DNA from: Antedon mediterranea
Taxonomy: Eukaryota > Animalia > Echinodermata
Assembly: GCF_964355755.1 (NCBI RefSeq)
Contig: NC_092671.1
Location: 36,466,304 to 36,530,303 of the forward strand
DNA length: 64,000 bases
Reading direction: 5' to 3'
Shown: one piece after another, positions 35,601-54,100 of the stretch
How positions within the stretch are numbered: the first letter of the stretch is position 1
Layout of the letters: each line of letters begins with the position of its first letter
Notes under the pieces: generated by a model
What the model saw: the letters and a program-made list of their open reading frames with translations, nothing else
What the model was told of the DNA's origin: nothing
Database searches by the model: none
Program-made: the position numbers and the translations under genes

Positions 35601-38600
35601 ACGATTTTACTGTGCAGGAAAAAAAAAAGCTCCACACATGGAAAATTAAACACGTTTAAAACTTAAACGTGTCTTTATATTGCTCCACATGTTTAACAAG
35701 TGAGTTGAGTACAGACTACATGTTTAGAATGTATTTAGAACCGAAACATGTTCATATCTAAACATTTTTAAGGTTAAACGTGTGGAAAAAATGGGTAAAA
35801 AATACATGTTTAAGATCTAAACACTATTTTTACAGTGTATAATAGCGCTATCAGAATGATTGTCGAAATTTTAACTTTAAACATATTTTTGGAATAAAAG
35901 AGTATTGTTGTTACAGGGGCATGTACTTTGGATACAGGTAATCGGGATTAAAGAAACCACTGAAGTGTGCAGTGTTAAAAGCATCACATTGTGAAGATCA
36001 CTAACGGGTCTACAATATAACAATGTCAATATATATTGCTGAAAAAAAACGTAACTGAATGAATGCAAATGACAGTCATAACCAGATCTCCCTTGCCTAA
36101 CCTTTATATAGCAAGTCAAATCATATGGTTGTCAAATTAATTTTATAGCTCCTGCTTTTATCCGATAATGTTACAATCAGTCGCAGTAGCGGATTAAAAT
36201 AAACAAAAACGAAGTGCTGACACCAATCATTATTTCATTGACAAAGATTGTATAATAGAAAAAAAATAGCAAGCATACCGAAGTGCTGTTGTATTATTTA
36301 CAACCCCCACCCGCCTCCCACCTTTTAAGCCCAGCTAGGCCTACCCCGTAGACCACAACCCACGAAATAAATTAAAAATTAGGCCTAAATGGGCTCCCTT
36401 TATCTGGTTTAAGCCTCTGCAAAATAATCCGATTGGAATGTGTTACACATCAATACAGTACCAATAACAAAATGTAAATATTCTCTATACAAATCACAAT
36501 TAACGTGGCATATCATATATGCAGTATTGTCTACGTAATATCACGGTTATGCTAATTATACAATCAGCGATTAAAATCTATAGTTTTTAAGTAACTTCAA
36601 TTGTACAGCTGCAAATTTATAATTATGCGGGCAAAATAGCATACCCGCACCAAACGAGTATCCGTATGGTGCGGATGAAGGCCTAGGATATCTAGGCCTT
36701 CATCCGCACCAAACAAGTATCCGTATGGTGCGGATGAAGGCCTAGGATATCTAGGCCTAGGTTGAGTTCAAAGAAACCTTAATTATCAAATGGAATCCAC
36801 TTTGAACTGACCTAACGAGTTATTAATGCTTTAGATAATTTACTTAATATCCAGGTAATTAAATTTACAAATTGAGTCCACTGTTTAGATTTAGATTTAA
36901 TTAGATTATAAGGGTGCTAATGGTATAGCTTTAGTTTAAATTAAATGTTAAATTGATAATGTAGAGAGAGAGAAATATAAGTAGTGGAGTTGTAGCTTGG
37001 TGGTTAACGTGCTTGCCTTCCAATCCCTAGTTCCAGGGTTCAATACTGGCATAGTACTACCAGGGTTCAATCCTGACCTAGTACCAGGGTTGTCAACTCC
37101 ACTTCCTAATCCTCAATTGAGACTTAGTTTATAGGCTAAGCATGATAAATGATATAATAGTTTATCTATCCTGTAATTGGCGAGTTTGTGCTCACTGTTG
37201 GATGCGTATGAAATAAAAACAAATACAAGAAGAGATGTGATTAAACAAATGGCTAAAACAAAAACGGCAGTTTACCATTTTTAGCAATGAGTAATTCACA
37301 CCTGAGCCAGATGCACTATCAGTTCATTAACGTAATAATGAGAATAATTGGAAAGAGAAGTCATGAATATATCCTTTCGTGATTGGATCCAATTAAATCA
37401 ACTCCTTTGGGAAATTACTTAATCGTTTATCGAAGAAATGCGCTTATTACGGTTGACGTTCTTTTATTACTCCGACACGCGCAAGGTATTGAGTATTCAA
37501 CGTTCTGATTTATTTAATCATTTGAAATTCTTGAAAATAATGTATTAAGCTCTGTCTACACTAGCAAACTAGATTTACAATAAAAGTGTGATCATGCCCA
37601 AATATGGTAGTGATATGCCAAAATATGGTAGTGATATGTCCAAATATGGTAGTGACATACACAAATATAGTAGTGATATGACATCACCATATATGGGCAC
37701 ATAACATTTTGTTGTCACATAAAGTTTGATAGTGTAGGCAGAGCCTTATGGTGGCTATCTCGTGTAGTAAATTTAGTGAACCGTATTGTTAAGTGAATCT
37801 GTATGAGTATTGTGAAAATTTCAGATTTTGTTCATTGAGTCAAATCATTAAAAGCTATTTAAAAACAAATTTAGACCTTATACACTCCAAGGCCTCGACT
37901 GCACAGGCTAAGACTTATAATATCATTATGATATTTATTATTTACCGTACCGTACATAACTGTAGTATTGCGTGTATTGATAGTAAAATAATTTGTAAAA
38001 TATTTATTCTCAAATTTATAAAATTCGGATTCCCACCTGTGCCGATCGTATTGCCATGGTTTGCGGCGTAATATTTCATTAATATTAAAATCTAAAATTA
38101 GAATATATTAATTCGAATTATAAATATCTATCTTATTAATTAGGATATATTAATTAGAATTATTCATATCTAGAGTATGGTTACATTGTTCCCAAAATAT
38201 ACTCAATATAACCATGGAGAAATAACTTATTTCTCCATGATATAACCAACCAATTCTACCCATCATATACAACTTCGCAATAAGAAAAGATATGGAAATA
38301 TTGTTCGTACCATGAGTCGTAAGAGTGACAAGAGTCCCATTCCATATCTTACTAATCTTATCGATTAATGTTATTGATGTTGTATTATATTTTTGATGTT
38401 TTATGGAAATAAAGATACCGAGATATATACACCGTCTGATGACTTACAGTTGGCAGCTAATATGACCAGAAAATTTCGGTTCTGGAACAACACCTTTAAC
38501 GACAGGTAATATTGGACCTGTTTTCCGGCGGCCGCCATGTTCATTTTAGGTCTACTTGGAGGTAGCGGTGGCGATGCTTCAAAAACTGAAATTAAAAGAA

Positions 38601-41600
38601 TATTTATTTTACAAGATACATTAAGAAACTGTATTTGCCGGTTGTCAGCAATTCAGATTAAAAAGATAATAAATATACAGAAACGGACTAAAAAAGTATA
38701 AACAGTAACATAAATTCGGTTAAAATGTTAAAAAATCATGATGACCGCACTCCATTTAACAAACCTATTTGTTTAATTCTGTATGTTGAGAAACGGATAC
38801 AAATTATATTTCTCAGAGCTATTTTTCATTTTAACATACGTGTCTTATAAAGGAAATGGAGTGTCTCAATTACTGAAGGAAATACATCTAACATTCAATC
38901 TACACTATCAAACTTGATGTGACAAAAAGTATGATGTGCCCAAACATGTATAGTCATATGCCTAAATATGGTAGTGATATGAAATCATCATGTCCATATA
39001 TGGGTACATCGCATTTTTTTGTCCCATAAAATTTGATAGTGTAGAAAGAGCATTATTTTCGTACGCTGTTTTAACATGAAATACTATACTATGAATACTA
39101 TAGGCCCACTGTAGCCTGTATATTAAAATCAGCCAGTAATCCTAACGCCAAAATTTATCGTATAAGTTATTCATTATGTTTAAAAGTGTTATAATAAGTG
39201 TATAATATATATAAATAATATTTATGGTAATTAATAATTTTTAATTAATATATATAAACACGTCGGGCATAGAACATTGATTCTAAACCGCCCGGTGATA
39301 TACTGAAATTTAATTAATTAATTTGAAACGATAAAATGATGCAATCTGTGAGAATGAGAAAAAGTCGTCCCAATCGAGATTCGAACCCGGAACCTTCTGC
39401 TTGATATGCAGATGTTCTAACCATTAGACCACTGGGGCTTTCATGGTATTGTTCAAACTCGATTGAATAATATATAATGTGCACTCTTTGTGTTCATAAT
39501 CAGTGTACATGTCCCGCATACCTGGTTCAGCATAATATATTGTGCCAGTTCTGCGGTACATTTTATTTCGAAACCTGAGCTGCACTGACGAGATCTAATA
39601 AGATCGAAACGGACTGTAAACATTATGTATATAGATGAATTTGTATGTTTAAATGTGTGTATGTGGTTTATGCAGGTTAATACTTGAGACACTGTGTACA
39701 CCATACAACGAATTTAATGCAGGTAGTTAAGTATAAAAGCACAGGCAATGAGCAAACAATAAGCTGGTAATTTGAATTAATATACAATACAATTGCTTTT
39801 GTAAATAGAAGATTTAACAAGAAGCATGTTAAAGCTTGGTTCCCACTAGAACGTAACGCAAGGACGTAAACGCAACGCAAACGTTTTAAAGCGTGGTTTC
39901 CACTAGCGACGCAACACAATGACGTAAACGCAACGCAAGCGTTTTAACCAATGACAAGCGAAGTTATAGACAGTCAGCAATCACAAGCGAATAAGCCATC
40001 GCTTGTGATTGGTCAATTCACTTACGTTGCGTTACGTCCTTGTGTTGCGTCGCTAGAGTGGGAACCACGCTTAAAAGGTAAATAATACTTGTAATGTTTA
40101 TTAACATTACAAAAAACAATGCAAACAGATGTTTTAACAAACAAAATTGTAAGTGAAATATAAATGAATGTGATTTAACCAAAATAATATTCAGTAATGG
40201 TATAATATTTAAGGTTAAAATTATAAATGATTAATATTAAAGAGGGGAAAATCAGAAAATAACGGGAAAATAAGTAGAACATGTTTAGAAATTATGTGAT
40301 CATTATTATTTATGAACATATTGAATGAATAAAGGTGGTGGTGAACCAAAAAAAGATTTAAAACGTCATTAATTAAATCAAATCACTGGTAAACAGCTTC
40401 CAGTGGCATACGGTATTCAATACAAGTATGTCGAGAGTAGACACAACAATGAATATCATAAAACATTAGTATTTCTGTTGTTTTGTTTTGGTTTTATTCC
40501 GACCAATCCTTGTACATTCTTTAATCTTTTAGGGAATGAATAAAGCTGATTTTAAGTAAGTGAGTGAGTGAGTGGCCGAGCGGTTAAGACAGTGGAACCG
40601 TAATCACGTAGCCATAACATCGGCAGGGGTTCGAGGCTCACTCACTCCATGGTTCTGGTGGTAGAACGAGTCTTCTCGGATAAGGACTATAAACCGTAGG
40701 CCCAGTGTACACATCTAGCTCGTGTGCACTTTAAAGAACCTAGTACATCTTTCGAGACGAGTAGGGGGTTACCCCGGTGTATTAGTACATCACAGTCACT
40801 GATCACCAACTGGGCCCTCTGGGAGACCAGTCTTTGACTGAAGAGGTTACCCAGTATAAAGATAAATTTCAAATTTCAAAAGTACATTGTATTAATTCAT
40901 TGTATCATCAAGTTTGTATTATAAGAAGCTAAATAGGAATCAAAATAGAAGAAACAAAATAGATAATACAAACCTAGTATTGTCAATGGAAGTATCAACG
41001 TGATCACTATTGCAGTGTACAGAAATAAACTCTTCATTTGGCTGTCAAGTTCTGGGCCATTTTGAACTACTAACGGAGAAATCACGATAGAAAACCCGAC
41101 TCCGATCTTGCAAGAAAGAAAAAGAATATTATTTATGTTAATGTAGGCTAGACACTATCGATAAAGTTTTATTGGAGATCTGTTATTGAAGCCTGTTGAT
41201 GGGAAAAAAAACTCTTTCTGATCTGCATGCCATGTTTGTTGTTTTTAGTTTCATGGTTGCATTTCTCATGGTTTTCACAAGCGCCTTGAGCACTTTGTGG
41301 ATATGTGCGCTCTTATAATTTACTTGATTTAGGCTACTTGATGTTGACTTATTAAGCCGAAGCTTGTGTGTCCCTCGACGTGTTTCTATATATTAGCTTG
41401 TCTACTATACTACTATAGGGGGAACACTTGCAGAAAGAAGTAGACAAGTGTTTTTCCAGTCTTATTATTATTTTTATTTGAGAGACGAATGGTGGATTGT
41501 AGAATCCCCTTTTTTTTTCTAAGACAGTCCTATATGGGATCCACCCCCATTGATAAGTGAATACAGTAGGATTATCAATTCATGATACATTTTTTTTTCG

Positions 41601-42397
41601 TCAACGTTTAATTTAATTTCAATATGACATAAATACAGAAAAAGTTTACATGGTAAACAACAGAGGTAAAAAGTCATTGAGGATCTATACTACTGTAGAT
41701 CTTGGGGTTGTTGCACACCAACTCTATTAGGCTAACTTCAAAAACTTGATAGATATTGGCATGATGGAATGATAAGGGGTCGAAACCGTCTTTTAAACCG
41801 TAAGATAGGCGTGTGTATCTTTGATTTTGGCGAGGTTGTGACTTCGTTAAATCAGAGCACATGATGGTTTAGAATTTTTCAAAAATTGACATTTAGACCT
41901 ACCTCAACAGCGGCAAACCCAATTCCATTTGCTAAGGAGACTTCACTAATGCCAAACCACGTTCCTGCCATTTGTGAGGACATTCCAAAACAACATGGCT
42001 GACCCAATGCACATAAGATTTGACCAATAAAATTGACCGCTATCGAATATTTCACTGTCCCGGCGTAACGTATCCATGCTCCAATACATTGTAGAAAAGC
42101 ACCGAGTACGAGAACAAACTTTAAATTACATCTTTCCGTCAGCCACATAACAGGTAAAATTGCCGCAACATACGTTATTAAATTCACAATACTAAGCCAA
42201 TCCACAGTGTCCAAGGAAACGTCGTAATACTCCGCTACTGAGTCTGAAATCGCTGCGTACTGTGCCCACAAAAAATAATTGGACATCGCAAAAGTACCGA
42301 ATATACCTAACATTAGCCATCTTTTATTGTATACTACGTAACCTTCTGCTTTTAACAAATGTAACTGTTCTCTGTCTTTACCGTCTAAGTCAGCCAT
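29691..42397 (-). CDS. FLVCR: FLVCR/SLC49-family MFS transporter, diverged inverted copy D (~457 aa)
   Basis: Exons (minus) 42397-41903, 41106-40974, 38585-38448, 35303-35236, 33767-33655, 32685-32575, 31811-31706, 31050-30939, 29788-29691; same intron positions and phases as A-C; motifs VYNKRW, GTWFG, PPLPPS, GIWLDRSRSFR, FEYAVELTYPEPE..SSGLLN, YRRQ. Confidence 0.9.
30668..30889. mobile_element. MITE-like element; related copy at ~34790-35005
   Basis: CCAAGGCAATCTAAC ... GTTAGATTGCTTTGG inverted termini; shared internal CAGTACTGTTGGTATTTGTCGCAGCCAGAC. Confidence 0.6.
31076..31380. mobile_element. MITE family 2 (AGCKTGGTTCCCACTAG-GACGCAACGCAAG TIR), two adjacent copies
   Basis: Long palindromic elements with TAA/TTA flanks (PIF/Harbinger-like). 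Confidence 0.75.
31950..32091. mobile_element. MITE family 2 copy
   Basis: AGCTTGGTTCCCACTA ... TAGTGGGAACCAAGCT termini. Confidence 0.75.
32714..32935. repeat. 51-bp minisatellite, ~4.3 copies
   Basis: Unit AATTATGACGTAACGTAAATTGTGACGTAACATAAACTTCGACATCAAATC. Confidence 0.92.
33052..33619. mobile_element. Stack of MITE family 2 copies (tandem/nested)
   Basis: At least three left ends AGCGTGGTTCCCACTAG (33130, 33298, 33338) and matching right ends, joined at TTA/TAA. Confidence 0.75.
33866..34275 (-). mobile_element. tRNA-core element with inverted-repeat architecture
   Basis: Minus-strand tRNA-like core 33970-34031 (A box TGGTCTAGAGG, CCAG..CTAGTGA..CTGG arm, partly deleted T arm); 33866-33945 is inverted at ~34149-34214 and 34093-34127 is inverted at ~34236-34272. 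Confidence 0.6.
36645..36760. repeat. 59-bp palindromic unit duplicated in tandem
   Basis: Perfect 20-bp stem 36667-36686 / 36692-36711 with a 5-nt loop. Confidence 0.85.
36983..37215 (+). mobile_element. tRNA-derived SINE; related head at 45810-45880 and related tail at ~48495-48570
   Basis: GTGGAGTTGTAGCTTGGTGGTTA (A box) ... GGGTTCAA (B box), A-rich tail. Confidence 0.55.
37548..37745. mobile_element. MITE family 1 copy with expanded internal 20-bp repeat
   Basis: TIRs, TTA flanks, four CCAAATATGGTAGTGATATG-type units. Confidence 0.8.
39249..39618. mobile_element. Composite element: (TA)-ending tail, minus-strand tRNA-like core (39366-39438), plus-strand hammerhead core (39585-39618)
   Basis: Tail 39249-39365 is the reverse complement of 9171-9288; core GCCCCAG-TGGTCTAATGG...TCTGC-ATATCAA-GCAGA...GGTTCGAATC followed by T5; CTGACGA-GATCT(AATA)AGATC-GAAAC. 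Confidence 0.65.
39585..39618 (+). ncRNA. Hammerhead ribozyme catalytic core, probably 3'-truncated
   Basis: CUGACGA, perfect 5-bp stem II, GAAA, quasi-palindromic ACGGACUGU-A; the 3' strand of stem I is not present. Confidence 0.5.
39834..40071. mobile_element. MITE family 2, truncated copy plus full copy
   Basis: Same TIRs as the 31-33 kb copies. Confidence 0.75.
40569..40880 (+). mobile_element. tRNA-headed SINE with Meta-domain-like core; further copies at ~52360-52655 and ~60297-60505
   Basis: TGGCCGAGCGG A box, GGTTCGAG B box, GGATAAGGACTATAAACCG...TTAAAGAACC...GAGTAGGGG core, (TTTCAAA)n tail. Confidence 0.7.
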
Positions 42398-43696
42398 GTT
42401 GAGTTGTTAACAATGGGCCTATTTTGTCAGCTGTTGTATGGGCCACACTGTGTACCAGTATATCGTAGTACGTTGTGATTCAATGATTCTCTTAAGTTTA
42501 ATCGATACGCTACACATGCCGTATTCTTTTATTGTCAAAAGTCTGTGAAGCGAATCGATTCGCTTATAAAGTTTTATGAATCTAAGAGATAACGAAATGT
42601 TGCATGGAAATTAACATAAATTTACACTGCCCACATACCTACTGATATATTATTTAGTATATATTGACATAGGCCTAATTTATTTTGGGTTATTTATTTA
42701 AATATATAAGTCAATCAACATGCACAGGAATGCCTGCCAACAGTTACAGCATCATAGGCCTCCATGATATAGGCATGAAGCACCGGGCAGCTTATACAAA
42801 ACACATCACAGAAATTCAAATTAGCCAGATATATATATTAATATAACTACTGGTAAAATATTGTATACTACTATGAAAATTCCAAACAATTGGCTTCAAA
42901 ATTTAATTCTTTTTTTCTCCGGAATCCTTTTAGTGGACCATTTTGACCAAAAAAAATATAATAATATTAAATTATGTTAAAGACAAAAATAAATAAATAA
43001 ATAAATGAATCAATATATGCAGACATTTGGACGCCGGTAACATATTGTAGAATAAACATGCACTTCATTTTTCAACACTGAAAAGTTTTGAAAGTCACCG
43101 TTCAATTAAAGTATTGTACTATGGTATCAAATGATATGTATGAACAAAACTTTTATTATTACAGTATTTTTATTACGGTATAACGGTACATTAATATTAA
43201 TAAGGTGAATATTAATGGATGTATGTCAAATACCAAATCCAACGAAAATTTATATGTCGCCCTCTGTTGTTTCATTTTTTTTACATGTGTGTACCTGTGT
43301 GTGTACAAAATCACGTTGTTTATCTAAATAAAAAAGTTGGTAATTCAATGAGATCTTTACTTATTTTCAATATATAAACATAATATAGTTTATAATCATT
43401 TATGTTAGTACATTAGGCCATTTTAAATTTAGATAGGTCTTGTTTTGTGTAGTTCTCAGTTAGACCTCTAAGCCTATGCCAGAGCTTTGCATGTTTCTTG
43501 TTTATTGTAGCAGCAGGGTAAACAGACGAACTGAAACAGCCGATCGTCTGTGTGCTGCTGTTAACTGTAACTATGTAGTAGTAGGCCTAAGATGTATGTA
43601 GGTCTATGTTTTTTTACAGAATATGAATTTAATAATTATGTAAAAATATGTTATAATATTTTTAAACATTTGTCATGAAATAATATTTTAGACAAA

Positions 43697-50720
<7,024 letters not shown>

Positions 50721-51104
50721 AATTAATTAAACGCGTCAACCAATATATTTGATGTCTCTTGTATACTCTACTTTGGAACTAACTGTCTCTAGCCAATGGT
50801 ATAAATTATTAAATAAAGTTGTGAATATAACATTTCTTGTTTTACTCTTTATTTCATTTATTGATAAATGATGCTTTAATTTTTTATGAATCAATTTTTA
50901 AAACAAACAATTCTTTTTTTTTATGAATAAAAATATTGTAATATCAAGAGTTCAGTACAGTATGCCTTACTTATAAATAATATGTGTACCAATAAAATGG
51001 TATACAAACAAAATAGTTTTTACATATAGTACATTTTTGCTTTTTAAAAATCTCAAACATTCTAAAATAAAATACTTTTTTAAGCACTTTTTATTGTTAT
51101 TTTT

Positions 51105-54100
51105 TTACTGAAATGTATGTTCAGATAACAGTTTCAAAAAGAAATTGTCAAAAAAATGAAAGAAACTTTTGCATTCAATTTCCTCGGTCACTGGTTCCAT
51201 TTTGAGAACAAGTTTACAACTACCATCTTCAAACACTTTCCTCAGATGCAACTGTAGGCTCATTGATCCAGATTTGAAATTGACATCACCCATAAGCTCC
51301 TGTTCTTTTACCACTTTGGTAGTTACAGCACGTTCTAGTGCAAACACGTTTGACTTGTATTCTGGTGCCTTCATCAACACTCGTTTGTGCTTCCGTCGAC
51401 CAATCCACATTGGGAACTTTGTCTTGCATATATAGGTGATAAGATGTTCACCAGGGAGCGAGATTACAGATGAGGTAGAAGACTGAACATCCATGTCAAT
51501 GGCATGAGAATCTGTGGAAGAGATGAAAGAAACATCTGCAGAACATAGACTTGTGTCGGATGTCTGTGGATTTTCATTGTGTACTTCTCCACCATCCATC
51601 TTTAATTTCTTGGTTGGCAGAGACGAATCGTCTTCAAGATGTCTTTTTAATGAACCATTTGAACTAGTGACCTCAACTTCCTCAAACGTTGGTTGATTGT
51701 TCATGTCAAACATGTCCTCTTTTCCATCCAGAGACTCTACATGGCAATCAAACTTTAAAACATCTTGTAACACTGTTTTATAAAACAGCATGACCTGATG
51801 CACCCATTCCGCGATGGCGCCATTTTGATTGCCGTCCCACCTACTTTTAAACGAATCCAAGAATGTGCAATTACCGAAACCCACTTCTAAGCAACCAGTA
51901 ACCTCGGCTTTCAGTGAGTCACTAGTTCCTTCCTTCACCAGCAGCATCAAACCCCATAACTTCCTTTCACCATCAGATTTTGAGAACCTCTTTGATTGAC
52001 ATCGCACCTGTGCCACTTTGATCTCTCCAGCCAATCTCTTAACTGTCTTTTCATTGACATTGCCTGCCACGTTGTGACTTAGTTCCAGTGGATCTTGTAC
52101 ATTTAAACACCCACATTTGAACTCCTTTTCCTTTTCTCCTGCTTCTGTCTGAAACATTTCAATCGGTATTATCTTGCCCTTTCTTGGGCAAATTACATTC
52201 CTTGAAAAATCCACTGTAGCATAGAACTTATAAAATCCAACCAACAGATTATCTAGAAAGCAGTTAAAGTAAAATAAATGTGTTGTAAAATTGCTTTAAT
52301 TAACAATAATGGAAGATTGATAAAATAATATCAAATGATTAACACTATATTAGCGAGCGAGGGGTTGAGTGGTTAAGACAGTAGAACCATAATTACGTAG
52401 CCATAATTTTGGCAAGGGTTTAAGGCTCACTCGCTTCATGGTTCTGGTGGTAGAATCTTCTCGGATAAGGACTATAAACCGTAGGTCAAGTGTACACATC
52501 TGGCTCATGCGCACATTAAAGAACCTAGTACATCTTTCGAGACTAGTAGGGGTCTACCCCTGTGTACTAGTCATAGCTACTGATCATATCTGGGCCCTCT
52601 GGGAGACCTGTCTTTGTCTCAAGAGGTCGCCCAGTATAAATAAAATATTTAAATTCAATATTATATAAATGCAATACATAATGGAGAATTGTTATTCTCA
52701 TGATTGTCATTTATAGCTTATATTATATATATACATACCTAAAGAGTTCTCTTTGGCGATGGATGCAACATTGTTGACGTCACAATTAAAGGTACAGTTC
52801 CAGCCATCAATAATACATTCATCGCCATCTTCTGGAAATATAATAACAATCATCACAGATCCTATTCTCTCTATGTACCTATCCAATATGATTGTAGTCT
52901 TGAGCTGTCTACACTATTAAACTTTATGTGACAAAAAAAGTGTGATGTGCCTAAATATGGTAGTGATATGCCCAAATATGGTAGTGATATGCCCAAATAT
53001 GGTGGTGATATGACATCTACATTGTGCTGTTCTCATCCAGGTTATACAATTGTTCAAGTAATTTCATCATGACATCTCAGTTTAAGCCTAACCACCCTAC
53101 CCCACCCCTAAATCTAACCCAGAATCCTACATGGCCTATTTGCCAAACCTTACCATTAGCAGCCTGTAACTCTTTCACAGAAGGTAGCACTTTGACCTCT
53201 TCCATCTGAAGGTATGTAATCACCAGTAGAGTGAGTGCGTAGTTCGTAAGCTTTGGTCCAGCTCCAACATTGCCAGCAATCTGTTTTACTTTAGCCCACT
53301 GACGTATTGCGAACACTAACGGTCGTACAACTGCATTTAGCTTGCCATAGAAAGCTAGAAGTTCAGTATTACGCAATGCTAGTCTATAAATAAGATAATT
53401 TACAAACATATCAATACAAAAACATTAGTTTTAAAAAAAATCTCAAATAGATGTTTGAGGGTACATTGCATATAACACGTGTATACAGATAATGCACTCA
53501 CATAAAACAACAAGGCCATATACATGACTGCAGTCGTGTGCTCAAGTTAGTGTTTACCAACCGACCAACTGACCAACCGACATAGTGAGCCGTAGAGTCG
53601 CGTTGCACGTGCCTAAAAATGCACTGTTGATATAACATGGGCTTTATGGAGTATTTATTGAATATCATGTGACCCACAATCCTCCAATCAAATTTGCTTA
53701 AAATAAATATGTGACGCAATACCTGTTGTTGATTGATATATCACACAAGAGACCCGATTGAGAATGACTGAATTTCACAACTGGTTTTCTGGCTAATGGA
53801 ATCCCTCGAACATGTTTCACTCCTGGTACCAGTTGGCGTATTATCTTGCAAATGATTTCCATGGTAACACTGTCATCATTATCATCAATATCCATCGTTT
53901 CACTTTCATCAAAGTCTTTTAGGTTTTTCTTATCTATTTTCTCAACAATCTAGTGGATATAAAAATGTGTTAATAATGTTATTATACATACATGTTTTAA
54001 AAACATTAATCATCAAACTAAGATATTTCAAAACATACTATAATATACCAGATAAAAGTTGTATTATTTATAAGTATAAAGCTCTGTCTACACCATCAAA

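Noticed and set aside
37302-37373. Candidate exon 4 of copy D
   Set aside because: Wrong length and phase, and it creates an immediate TGA; 35236-35303 fits perfectly (68 nt, SFNLGFLSLIAFKLNETVLLAFS).
51105-52244. Standalone 379-aa gene
   Set aside because: It is the last exon of TUT1 (acceptor at 52253-52254, phase-compatible).
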